Below, piece by piece: positions 33,138 to 41,899 of a stretch of 64,000 bases of DNA. The notes below the pieces were generated by a model that worked only from the letters and a program-made list of their open reading frames with translations, was not told where the DNA came from and made no database searches. The stretch's first letter is position 1, and every line of letters begins with the position of its first letter. This DNA comes from Sphingobacteriaceae bacterium (GTDB lineage Bacteria; Bacteroidota; Bacteroidia; Sphingobacteriales; Sphingobacteriaceae): the NCBI GenBank assembly GCA_036402155.1, contig DASWTL010000221.1:968-64967 (forward strand). Reading direction: 5' to 3'. The position numbers were made by a program, and so were the translations under genes.

Positions 33138-34007
33138 GTGGGAAGTTTTATATCAGATTTTAAAAAGCTTATTAAACTAAGGCTTACATCTTTAGTTGTT
33201 TTTTCGGCTTCGGTTTCCTTTTTAATTGGCAGTAAAGAGCAGGGTGACATTAATTGGGGTAACTGGCTGATATTAACCATTGGCGGGTTTCTCGTAACCG
33301 GATGTGCCAATGGGTTTAATGAACTGATTGAAAAGGACCTGGATAAATTAATGTCACGTACAAGTGACAGACCTTTACCTTCCGGCAGAATGACAACCGG
33401 ACAGGCTCTTGTTTTAAGCCTGATCATGGGAATTGCCGGCACTTTAATCCTGGTCAAGCTAAATTTCCTTACAGGTGTTTTATCAGTATTCTCTATTTTT
33501 TTGTATGCATTTTTGTATACTCCAATGAAGAGGAAATCACCAATTGCAGTTTTTGTAGGCGCAATTCCGGGAGCGCTGCCACCTTTAATTGGGTATTTTG
33601 CTGCTTTTGATAACCCCCGCATCTCGTGGATTCCGATCATTCTTTTTCTTATTCAGTTTGTGTGGCAGTTTCCCCATTTTTGGGCCATAGCCTGGGTGTT
33701 GGATGACGATTATAAGAAGGCTGGTTTCCGTTTACTGCCAACCATGAAACGTGACAGACCCAGCGCGTTGATAAATTTTATATCAACCATTATATTAATT
33801 CCGGTAAGTCTGATGCCTACTCTTTATAATTTTGGAGGGTATGCAGTTGCAGGTATATCGTTGGTATGCGGACTTATATTTGCGTGGTTCGCTTTTAATT
33901 TATATCAAACCCTTGAAATTAAGGATGCTAAAAAGGTGATGTACGGATCTTTTTTTTATCTTCCTGTCGTTCAGTTAACCCTTTTGTTTGATTTTATTGG
34001 TAAGTAA
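33138..34007 (+). CDS. ctaB: Protohaem IX farnesyltransferase (haem O synthase)
   Basis: UbiA-family motif NGFNELIEKDLDKLMSRT in a polytopic protein. GTG start as listed. Lies next to the oxidase genes. Confidence 0.9.
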   Translation: MGSFISDFKKLIKLRLTSLVVFSASVSFLIGSKEQGDINWGNWLILTIGGFLVTGCANGFNELIEKDLDKLMSRTSDRPLPSGRMTTGQALVLSLIMGIAGTLILVKLNFLTGVLSVFSIFLYAFLYTPMKRKSPIAVFVGAIPGALPPLIGYFAAFDNPRISWIPIILFLIQFVWQFPHFWAIAWVLDDDYKKAGFRLLPTMKRDRPSALINFISTIILIPVSLMPTLYNFGGYAVAGISLVCGLIFAWFAFNLYQTLEIKDAKKVMYGSFFYLPVVQLTLLFDFIGK

Positions 34008-34009
34008 TT

Positions 34010-34588
34010 ATGAAACAGGCTATTATAGAACAGGATAAATCAAATTTGAAAGCTAAAAAGTTTTTGATGTGGCTGTTCATCATTTCATCATTTATGCTTT
34101 TCGCTGCTTTAACCAGTGGATATATAGTTTATACAGCAGGCAGCCCGGAAAGAGGCTTGAAAGCATTGCTTCCGGATGTGTTTATTTACAGCAGTGTCGT
34201 AATAGTGTTAAGCAGTATTACAATGCACATGGCCTACCAATCAGCTAAGCAATTAAAATTCAGTAAACAAAAACTCTATTTGTTAATTACTATTATACTT
34301 GGCGTGGTGTTTTTTGCTCTGCAAATAGTTGCCTGGAGGATGCTAATACAGCAGGGCATTTACTTCGTGAACTTTAATGCATCGCAATCATTTGTGTATG
34401 TATTTACAGGCGCACACCTTGTGCATATATTTGCAGGCATAGTTATGTTAATCAAAGCGTTAAGCGGTGTTATGAATAATATTCCACAAACGCGCAATCT
34501 TTTCAGATTGGAAGTGACATCCATTTTCTGGCATTTTGTTGATATACTATGGATATATCTATATGTTTTCTTACTTTTGAACCAATAA
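34010..34588 (+). CDS. Haem-copper oxidase subunit III family protein (first of two)
   Basis: 192 aa, 5 TM, with the C-terminal FWHFVDILWIYLYVFL signature of subunit III. Confidence 0.8.
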   Translation: MKQAIIEQDKSNLKAKKFLMWLFIISSFMLFAALTSGYIVYTAGSPERGLKALLPDVFIYSSVVIVLSSITMHMAYQSAKQLKFSKQKLYLLITIILGVVFFALQIVAWRMLIQQGIYFVNFNASQSFVYVFTGAHLVHIFAGIVMLIKALSGVMNNIPQTRNLFRLEVTSIFWHFVDILWIYLYVFLLLNQ

Positions 34589-34612
34589 TAAAATAACTTA
34601 CCGATACCTTAA

Positions 34613-35302
34613 ATGAGCACGACTGTATCACAACTTGATGAAATAAAAGATGACGCTTGGAGTGGTGGAAAATCTCCTTTTGCCGTTGAATATGGCAAGA
34701 TAATGATGTGGTTTTTTCTGATTTCAGATGCCTTTACTTTCTCAGCATTTTTAATCTATTACGGAGCCCAACGTTTTAGCAAATTAACCTGGCCTGATCC
34801 GGATGTGGTTTTTCAATCCATTCCCGGAGTAGCAGACCATGGCTGGCCTCTGGTTTTTGTAGGTATAATGACATTTATACTTATTATGAGTTCGGTTACT
34901 ATGGTGCTTGCTGTTGAAGCAGGGCATCGCAGGGCTAAAAAGGAAGTAGTTGTATGGATGATCTGGACAATTATTGGAGGACTGACCTTCCTGGGATGTC
35001 AGGCTTTAGAATGGTCTCACCTGCATCATGAAGGATATTGGTGGGGAAGCATCCCGGCAGAGTATACCGGAGTTGATGTGGTTGGAGCTACCCAGTTTGC
35101 AAACTTGTTTTTTACTATAACAGGATTTCATGGTTTCCATGTGTTCAGTGGTGTAATCATAAATATTATTATTTTATTTATGACCATGGCTAACGTATTT
35201 GAGAAACGGAAAAACTATCTGATGGTTGAAAAAGTGGGTTTATACTGGCACTTTGTAGATCTGGTATGGGTTTTTGTATTTACATTCTTTTATCTGGTTT
35301 AA
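34613..35302 (+). CDS. ctaE: Cytochrome c oxidase subunit III (second copy/second half)
   Basis: 229 aa, with GFHGFHVFSGV and YWHFVDLVWVFVFTFFY signatures. Confidence 0.85.
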   Translation: MSTTVSQLDEIKDDAWSGGKSPFAVEYGKIMMWFFLISDAFTFSAFLIYYGAQRFSKLTWPDPDVVFQSIPGVADHGWPLVFVGIMTFILIMSSVTMVLAVEAGHRRAKKEVVVWMIWTIIGGLTFLGCQALEWSHLHHEGYWWGSIPAEYTGVDVVGATQFANLFFTITGFHGFHVFSGVIINIIILFMTMANVFEKRKNYLMVEKVGLYWHFVDLVWVFVFTFFYLV

Positions 35303-35315
35303 TTTAAAATATTAT

Positions 35316-35663
35316 ATGTCTGCAGAGCACTTTACGCACGAACATGAACATGCCGGTGAGCATGAGGGGATGACTAAGAAGAAAATATGGCAAGTCTTCT
35401 TTTACCTGCTTGCAATTACCGCTGTAGAATTTTTCATCGCTTTATATTTGATTCCAAAAGATATATTAAGCCATGGTATCGGAAATTTTATATATATCGT
35501 ATTAACACTAGTAAAAGCATTTTATATTGTTGCTTATTTCATGCACTTGAAGTTTGAACGGTTTGCATTTAAAACCAGTGTGGTGGTTGTATTTGTTCTT
35601 ATCATTTACTTTATAGTATTAATGCTTACAGAAGGTTCTTATCTGAACATTCATATGAATTAA
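35316..35663 (+). CDS. Prokaryotic cytochrome c oxidase subunit IV family protein
   Basis: Start taken at ATG 35316 (MSAEHFTHEHEH...). About 115 aa with 3 TM, directly after the subunit III gene. Confidence 0.7.
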   Translation: MSAEHFTHEHEHAGEHEGMTKKKIWQVFFYLLAITAVEFFIALYLIPKDILSHGIGNFIYIVLTLVKAFYIVAYFMHLKFERFAFKTSVVVVFVLIIYFIVLMLTEGSYLNIHMN

Positions 35664-36370
35664 TGGTAAGAAAGAATTCTTCTTTAAAAAAGATATTAAT
35701 CCTGGTATGCATGTTAGCTGTACCAGGATTTTTATATTATTTGCTTACCGAAAAAGGAAAAAACCGGTATAAACCACTTTCTATTTTTGGTTCAAAACAG
35801 GTAGCCTCAACATTCCATACCAAACGGGGTAAACAAATACCTGATACTCTTTACCATACGATCCGTGATTTTTCCTTAACGGATCAGGCTGGTCAAACTG
35901 TCAATTTTCCAGCTTCACCAAAGAAAATTACTGTTGTTAATTTCTTCTATTCCTCTTGTCCGAGCTTTTGCACGAAAATGAATAAAGAAATGCAGCGTGT
36001 AGAAGAAACATTTAAAAAGAACGATTTTGTAAAGTTCATGTCGATCACGGTAGATCCGGAGGCGGATACCGCTGATCAACTTTCAAATTATTCAAAAGCC
36101 TTTGGTGCCGTAGCCGGCAAATGGGACTTTCTGACTGGGGATAAGGAACTTATTTATGACCTGGCAAAAAAGGACTTTTTGGTGGATGCACTTCCTGATC
36201 CCGGAATGCCTGGTAATATTATTCATTCCCCCATGCTGATCCTGGTTGATCCACATAAACGAATCCGGGGTTTTTATGATTCGGGAAGCCGGGAGCGTGT
36301 AGATGTTCTGATAGATGAAATTAAAGTTTTAATTGCTGAGGAGTTGCGAAAAGATGAATCTGGACGATAA
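35663..36370 (+). CDS. SCO1/SenC family copper chaperone / thiol-disulfide protein
   Basis: N-terminal TM, a thioredoxin-like fold with CPSFC (CxxxC), and a downstream conserved His (IIHSP). TAATG overlap with the upstream stop. Confidence 0.85.
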   Translation: MVRKNSSLKKILILVCMLAVPGFLYYLLTEKGKNRYKPLSIFGSKQVASTFHTKRGKQIPDTLYHTIRDFSLTDQAGQTVNFPASPKKITVVNFFYSSCPSFCTKMNKEMQRVEETFKKNDFVKFMSITVDPEADTADQLSNYSKAFGAVAGKWDFLTGDKELIYDLAKKDFLVDALPDPGMPGNIIHSPMLILVDPHKRIRGFYDSGSRERVDVLIDEIKVLIAEELRKDESGR

Positions 36371-36899
36371 ATTGGTTTTTAGGATCATAGCCGGGGTATC
36401 CGTGGTGGTATTTTTGCTGATAGCCATATTGCAAAGTAATGTTTTTACAATCTTTCCCGATAGATCGGTAATCCCCGCATGGGTACTTTTTTTACCCAGG
36501 CTTAACGCCATGATAAACGGAACATGTACTATTCTGCTGCTTATTTCTTTGTATTTTATAAAACAAAAAAACATCCGGGTACATAAAATTTTAAATATCA
36601 CCACGTTTCTGTTGTCATCACTGTTCCTGATATCATATGTGATCTTTCATGCAACCGGAATAAAAACTACCTATGGCGGTGAAGGAAACATAAGAATTTT
36701 CTATTATTTTATACTGATCACGCATATTATTCTAGCAGCACTTGTTCTTCCGCTGGTGCTGTTAAGTTTTCATCACGGATTAAAGATGCAGGTTGAAAGA
36801 CATCGCAAACTGGTGCGATGGAGCTATCCCATCTGGTTATATGTTACTATAACGGGTGTAATAGTATACATAATGATTTCACCGTATTATACTTTCTAA
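36354..36899 (+). CDS. DUF420 family membrane protein (CtaM-like oxidase assembly factor)
   Basis: Start taken at MNLDDKL (36354). Four TMs. Located in the oxidase assembly gene tail. Family assignment by recollection. Confidence 0.65.
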   Translation: MNLDDKLVFRIIAGVSVVVFLLIAILQSNVFTIFPDRSVIPAWVLFLPRLNAMINGTCTILLLISLYFIKQKNIRVHKILNITTFLLSSLFLISYVIFHATGIKTTYGGEGNIRIFYYFILITHIILAALVLPLVLLSFHHGLKMQVERHRKLVRWSYPIWLYVTITGVIVYIMISPYYTF

Positions 36900-36925
36900 A
36901 ACATCATTATCCTTATATTTGCACT

Positions 36926-37201
36926 ATGAAAGCAGTGCGATTGTGGATATTCTTTTTAATGCTTGCATCTTGCAGCCTGATTACTTCAAATTCCAGCGCC
37001 CAATGTTCCATGTGTGCATTAAATGCAGAGAATTCAGTAAAGCACGGTAATACCCAGGGAAACGGACTGAACGACGGGATTTTATATCTTTTAGCTGCTC
37101 CATATTTAGCAATAGGAGTTGTTGGCTTTATTTGGTATAAAAAGTACCGCCGGAAAAATGTGGCTCTTGATATCAAAGACGAGAAGATTAATCTTAATTA
37201 A
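36926..37201 (+). CDS. Small (91 aa) secreted/anchored protein with a CxxC motif, unknown function
   Basis: Start taken at ATG 36926. Signal peptide MKAVRLWIFFLMLASCSLITSNSSAQ, then CSMC, then a C-terminal TM (ILYLLAAPYLAIGVVGFIW) and a basic tail. Confidence 0.6.
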   Translation: MKAVRLWIFFLMLASCSLITSNSSAQCSMCALNAENSVKHGNTQGNGLNDGILYLLAAPYLAIGVVGFIWYKKYRRKNVALDIKDEKINLN

Positions 37202-37234
37202 TTACCGCTCTGAATTAGAGCACTTCATAAAACC

Positions 37235-37624
37235 ATGCATAAGGTCTCCAAAGTTGGTGCATTCATTCATGCTAAATGTCCAAAATGCCGTAAAGGAGAT
37301 ATTTTTACAGGAAGTATGTATGGTTTTGGTTTTCAGCATACAAATGAATTTTGTCCTCATTGCGGGGTAAGGTTTGAGGTTGAGCCGGGTTATTTTTATG
37401 CGGCAATGTATGTTAGTTACGCCATGAATGTGGCAGAAATGATTGGTCTCGGTCTGCTTACGTCTATTATTACCGGTGGTTCTGAATCAGCGGGACTATA
37501 TATAATTGTTTTACTCCTGGGAGTATTGCTGTTCGCACCATTTAATTACAGATATTCACGCGTGATCCTGCTTCATTGGATGTCTCCGAAGTTAAAGTAC
37601 GACTCGCATTACGAAACAGAATGA
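37235..37624 (+). CDS. DUF983 family membrane protein with zinc-ribbon-like CxxC...CxxC
   Basis: CPKCRKGD ... CPHCG followed by two TMs, the architecture I associate with DUF983. Confidence 0.65.
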   Translation: MHKVSKVGAFIHAKCPKCRKGDIFTGSMYGFGFQHTNEFCPHCGVRFEVEPGYFYAAMYVSYAMNVAEMIGLGLLTSIITGGSESAGLYIIVLLLGVLLFAPFNYRYSRVILLHWMSPKLKYDSHYETE

Positions 37625-38283
37625 TAAAGGATTCAACATTTGAATTTTTACAGGCGGTTGCTGCAAATAACAACCGCGAATGGTTTCAGCTTAATAAGGC
37701 CAGGTATGAGGATGCAAGGGCAAATGCGATTGATTTTACCCGGGAAGTGATAAAAGGATTATCAGCTTTTGATCCCCTGATTAAATCAGATATGGACCCT
37801 GCGTCATGTGTGCTTCGAATTTACCGTGACATCAGGTTTAGTAAGGATAAAACACCATATAAAACTAATATTGGCATTGGCATTTCGCCGAATGGCAGGA
37901 ATTCGAAAGGCCCCGGATATTATATCCACCTGCACCCTGAAAATAGTTTTATAACTGGGGGATGCTGGATGCCCGAAGCCGGATTGTTGAAAGCAATAAG
38001 GCAGGAAATTGACTATAACAGCTCTGAATTTAATTCCTTAATTAAAGATCCGGACTTTATAAAATACTTCAATGATCTGGACAGGGAAGATCTGCTCAAA
38101 ACCACTCCAAAAGGTTATGATGCCGATCATCCATTTATTAAATACCTGAAATTGAAAAGCTTTACAGCTTCGCACGATGTAAACAGAAATATCTTTACCA
38201 GTAAAGACTCTATTACCCACACATTAGAGGTATTGAAAGCATTATTGCCTTTTATCGACTTTCTTAGAAATGCAGTGTCATAA
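37621..38283 (+). CDS. DUF2461 (TIGR02453) family protein
   Basis: Start taken at ATG 37621 (ATGA overlap with the upstream stop). N-terminal FEFLQAVAANNNREWFQLNKARYE is typical of this family. Confidence 0.7.
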   Translation: MIKDSTFEFLQAVAANNNREWFQLNKARYEDARANAIDFTREVIKGLSAFDPLIKSDMDPASCVLRIYRDIRFSKDKTPYKTNIGIGISPNGRNSKGPGYYIHLHPENSFITGGCWMPEAGLLKAIRQEIDYNSSEFNSLIKDPDFIKYFNDLDREDLLKTTPKGYDADHPFIKYLKLKSFTASHDVNRNIFTSKDSITHTLEVLKALLPFIDFLRNAVS

Positions 38284-38301
38284 ATTTTTTATAATTGTAA
38301 C

Positions 38302-39141
38302 ATGAATAGATTTTTACCGGTAGTATGTTTTGCTTTTTTGATCACTTCACTAAGTTCATGTATTGTTCTTTCTACAAAGAAATATAAAGCGCTATTAAGT
38401 CAAAAAGATTCATTGTCGACAGGATGGGATGATGCAAAAGTGCGAATAGAAAGTCTTGAAGAGGAAATTGCCCGCCTTAAATCTGATACCAGCCGTATAA
38501 ATGCACGTGTAAAAGGCCTTCAGGATAAGGTGGAGGATCTGGATGTAAATTACGCTTCATTAAGGGCTAACAGCTCATCAGAAATAAAAAAGCTGATGGA
38601 TGATCTTAAAAAGCGTGAAGCAAGATTAAAAGAAGTAGAAGATATATTAAGAAAACGCGATGAAGCTACCAATGCATTAAAGGAAAAACTACAGAAAGCA
38701 CTTTTAGGATTTCAACAAAGCGGCCTATCCGTTGATATCCGGAACGGAAAAGTTTATGTTTCATTAACCGATAAACTCTTGTTTAATACCGGATCAATTG
38801 TTATTGATGATAAAGGTAAATCAGCATTACAAGGTCTTGCCACAGTATTGAAAACACAGCCTGAAATTAATATATCGGTTGAAGGTCATACAGATAATCA
38901 GCGTGTTGGCAACCTGGGTCAGATTAAAGATAACTGGGATCTGAGTGTATTAAGAGCAACTTCTGTTGTTCGTTATCTCACTGAAGTTGAAAAAATCGAG
39001 AATGCCAGAATTACTGCTACAGGTAAAGGCCAGTATCAGCCTATAGAAGTTTCTAATACGCCGGAAGCGAGAAGCCGTAACAGAAGAATTGAAATAGTAC
39101 TTTCTCCTAAACTGGATGAGTTATACCAGCTTATAAAATAA
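38302..39141 (+). CDS. OmpA/MotB-domain lipoprotein with coiled-coil region
   Basis: Lipobox LSSC, a heptad-rich 100-aa segment, and a C-terminal OmpA-like domain (VEGHTDN, LSVLRA, NRRIEIV). Confidence 0.85.
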   Translation: MNRFLPVVCFAFLITSLSSCIVLSTKKYKALLSQKDSLSTGWDDAKVRIESLEEEIARLKSDTSRINARVKGLQDKVEDLDVNYASLRANSSSEIKKLMDDLKKREARLKEVEDILRKRDEATNALKEKLQKALLGFQQSGLSVDIRNGKVYVSLTDKLLFNTGSIVIDDKGKSALQGLATVLKTQPEINISVEGHTDNQRVGNLGQIKDNWDLSVLRATSVVRYLTEVEKIENARITATGKGQYQPIEVSNTPEARSRNRRIEIVLSPKLDELYQLIK

Positions 39142-39176
39142 ATATCTTACATTCACAGAGTGTCAGCTCATATATC

Positions 39177-39209
39177 ATGCAAACAGAAAATCCTGTTTGC
39201 ATTTTTTTT
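39177..39209 (+). terminator. Rho-independent terminator after the OmpA-family gene
   Basis: ATGCAAACAG / 6-nt loop / CTGTTTGCAT gives a 10-bp perfect stem, followed by T7. Confidence 0.85.
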
Positions 39210-39419
39210 CCTGAAATAGAATTGGAATTTTTCAATACACTCTTACTTTTCGGTTAAGCATTCTCATAAAAAAGACCGTATAAACCTGGTTAAATGTAGT
39301 TTCAGAGAATATCAGTTCCGTGAAAATATTTTGATTAAAACATAGAAAGCAATTTTTCTGTTCTTCTCATGCTAAAGCCAGTGTATGCTGAGCCGAAGTA
39401 AACGGTTAAATAGCACTAA

Positions 39420-40370
39420 ATGAAATCAAAGACTACTTTTTGGCAACGGATTGGAATGCACGACTGGTTCTTAAACAGTGAGAACACAGTTTCGAAAGTT
39501 AAACCCAAAATCCTTACGCCTGATGATGTATATAAATATATAATTGAAAAGTTTAAAGAATCCATTGGTCAGTTATCCTTTGCCGACCGTGTGGTTTTTT
39601 ATCACGAGTTTATTATTTGCTTCAACGCCGAGGATTATCGTCAGTTTATGGATAATAAAAAAGGGATCTTCGGATTAATTGTGCATGAGTCGGTTAAACG
39701 ATTTTACCAGTTGCTGAAAGAATATCGTGAGCTTGGAAAAACTGTAGAACCTTCAAGCAGCAAATGGGTTTTCCGGTTTGTTTCACATCCTGATTATGCC
39801 CCCGGTGATAAAGGATTTATTGGCAAGTTATTGCCCGGAACAAGTCAGAAAGAAGAAAACCTGCGAGTTACTTTTATTCCCCGGCAAACGGGAATTGCAC
39901 AAACTTTTGATATAAATCAGGATATCCTTAAAGGTTTTACATTTTACAGCGAAGGATATTATGAAGTGCCATATGTAGAAGAATTGGAATATGATGAAAA
40001 AAAAGTAAGCAATGTAGTACAGCCAGGCTTCGCCCGGTTTGAAACTATCCTACCTGAAAAAGAATTTGCCGGTCGTAAGGTAGAGTATTTTATGAAGGAT
40101 GAAGAGATTATTGTTTCAGGGAAAGATGAAACCAGGGAATCATCAAACATCTTTCGCATACCCTCAGATTGGGTAAATACACCACACTTACGGATCCGCT
40201 ATAACAAGTCGGATAATAAATTTTACCTGACTTCTTTTGGTGAAAAAACAATTTTGAATGAAAAAGAAGTAAAGCGCTCCGATATTAATTTGCCGGAATG
40301 GATAGAATTGCCGGTTAATTCCAGGATTCTTCTGAATGGCATAATTGGTATTAATATTTTTAAATCGTAA
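39420..40370 (+). CDS. FHA-domain protein (unknown N-terminal domain, C-terminal FHA-like domain)
   Basis: The C-terminal ~90 aa (IFRIPSDWVNTPHLRIRYNKSDNKFYLTSFGEKTILNEKEV...ILLNGIIGINIF) fits the FHA pattern, although the canonical GR...SR.H residues are degenerate. First gene of the kinase/phosphatase operon. Confidence 0.55.
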   Translation: MKSKTTFWQRIGMHDWFLNSENTVSKVKPKILTPDDVYKYIIEKFKESIGQLSFADRVVFYHEFIICFNAEDYRQFMDNKKGIFGLIVHESVKRFYQLLKEYRELGKTVEPSSSKWVFRFVSHPDYAPGDKGFIGKLLPGTSQKEENLRVTFIPRQTGIAQTFDINQDILKGFTFYSEGYYEVPYVEELEYDEKKVSNVVQPGFARFETILPEKEFAGRKVEYFMKDEEIIVSGKDETRESSNIFRIPSDWVNTPHLRIRYNKSDNKFYLTSFGEKTILNEKEVKRSDINLPEWIELPVNSRILLNGIIGINIFKS

Positions 40371-40377
40371 TAAGACC

Positions 40378-40476
40378 ATGTCATATTTACTGTCGCTTGC
40401 TTTACTGGCTATCTGCATCTTATTACTTATAGCACACTTTATGGATATAAAAAATACGCATAAAAGGAATGACTGA
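40378..40476 (+). CDS. Unannotated 32-aa single-TM micro-protein (MSYLLSLALLAICILLLIAHFMDIKNTHKRND)
   Basis: Below the ORF-track cutoff. The ATG lies 7 nt after the FHA gene stop. Its stop (40474-40476) overlaps the PP2C start (40469) by 8 nt (ATGACTGA). Hydrophobic core followed by a basic tail. Confidence 0.5.
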   Translation: MSYLLSLALLAICILLLIAHFMDIKNTHKRND

Positions 40477-41899
40477 AAACTATTTTGGAATTACCGATAC
40501 CGGAAAGGTACGTGGCAATAATGAAGATGCTTTTATTGCCGGTAAGGTAATGAATAACAGGTTTACTCTGGCCTGTGTTATTGATGGGGTTGGAGGGTAT
40601 TCCGGAGGCGAGGTTGCAGCGGATATTGCAAGGAAATCCATTCTTGACTATTTCAGTACTCCTTCCGGAGAAATTATTTCCATGATGAAAGATTCATTCA
40701 TCCTGGCTAATGATAAGATCTATGAAGAAAAGCAGCAGGTAAAGGAGCATGATAGTATGGCCTGTGTACTTACACTTGCCATCATTGATCTGGAAAATAA
40801 TCAGTTTTATTATGCACATGTAGGCGATACCCGGCTATACCTGTTAAGGGACAAATCATTAGTAAAATTATCTAAAGACCATTCATTTGTTGGGTTTCTG
40901 GAAGATACAGGAAGGCTTTCTGAAGATGCAGCTATGCGCCATCCAAAACGCAACGAGATAAATAAAGCACTTGGGTTTGGTATGCAACCTAAAAATACCG
41001 ACGATTATATAGAAACCGGTCAATCACCGTTTCTTCCAGGCGACATGCTTCTTTTATGCAGTGATGGTCTGACTGATATGGTCAATAAAAGTGATATCAC
41101 ATCTATTTTGGTCAGCGACAGCTCTTTGGAAGATAAAGGAAAGCAACTGATAGATGCTGCTAATAAGGGTGGTGGCAAGGATAATATTACGGTTGTACTT
41201 GTACATAATGATAAGCCCCCTGTACAACAGGAAGCAACAAAGCCTTCAGGAGTAAAAAAAAAAGAAATCCTAAATGATCAATCCACCCCACCTGCTTTGA
41301 TAGAAAATAGAGAAAAATCAGTCGTGCTTCCGGATAAAAAGAAAAAAAGAAAATGGCTGATCCCATTCTTGGCTCTGGGGGCTATATTGATAATTGCATC
41401 ATTATTATGGTGGAAAAACCGCGAACCCACAAAGAATGAAGAAGAAACGATGGTAATGCAAATGCGGGAAACCCGGAATGGGCAGGAAATAAAACTGCAG
41501 GCAATCATTAATACTCTGATTGGTGATACGCTATTCCTTTCTGATTCTGTATTTACACAACCACTCATAATTAGTGATACAATAACCATCAGCAGGGACT
41601 CATTATATATTAAATCAAGCGGAAATATGGTTTTAAAAAGAGATTCTGCCTATACCGGCCCGGCAATTTTGCTTTCCGAAAACTGTAAACATATTGTAAT
41701 TGATAGCCTTCTTTTTGAAGATTTTAAGGTTGGAATATTAGTATTCAATAATGCCCTCCAATTAAAGAATGTTCGGTTTAATAACTGTTCAACAGCAGTG
41801 CAGACCATGTTTACATTCCCTGCTAACCGTTATGTAACTGGCAGTATTATGGATATTTCATTTAAAACAGATTCTATACCTAATAAAATTAATGAATAA
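40469..41899 (+). CDS. Membrane-anchored PP2C-family Ser/Thr phosphatase with extracytoplasmic C-terminal domain
   Basis: PP2C motifs GNNEDAF, VIDGVGGYSGG, HVGDTRLY, LLLCSDGLTD and GGKDNITVVLV. TM at aa 296-315, then a 160-aa C-terminal domain with short beta-repeat character. Confidence 0.9.
   Translation: MTENYFGITDTGKVRGNNEDAFIAGKVMNNRFTLACVIDGVGGYSGGEVAADIARKSILDYFSTPSGEIISMMKDSFILANDKIYEEKQQVKEHDSMACVLTLAIIDLENNQFYYAHVGDTRLYLLRDKSLVKLSKDHSFVGFLEDTGRLSEDAAMRHPKRNEINKALGFGMQPKNTDDYIETGQSPFLPGDMLLLCSDGLTDMVNKSDITSILVSDSSLEDKGKQLIDAANKGGGKDNITVVLVHNDKPPVQQEATKPSGVKKKEILNDQSTPPALIENREKSVVLPDKKKKRKWLIPFLALGAILIIASLLWWKNREPTKNEEETMVMQMRETRNGQEIKLQAIINTLIGDTLFLSDSVFTQPLIISDTITISRDSLYIKSSGNMVLKRDSAYTGPAILLSENCKHIVIDSLLFEDFKVGILVFNNALQLKNVRFNNCSTAVQTMFTFPANRYVTGSIMDISFKTDSIPNKINE

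Noticed and set aside
33065-33640. 191-aa minus-strand ORF
   Set aside because: It is largely antisense to ctaB, which has a clear UbiA-family motif and fits the operon. This is a typical shadow ORF.
35274-37201. Longer ORF-track starts for the subunit IV (35274), DUF420 (36333) and small CxxC protein (36818) genes
   Set aside because: The extended N-termini lie inside the preceding genes and encode non-conserved-looking sequence. Internal ATGs at 35316, 36354 and 36926 give sensible N-termini (a signal peptide or a TM) and compact spacing.
39210-39419. Promoter or riboswitch-like leader upstream of the kinase operon
   Set aside because: There is no exact TAnnTTTG box (only near matches TACTTTTC and TATTTTGA), and I could not identify a convincing conserved structure by eye. 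I left it uncalled. TSS mapping would settle it.
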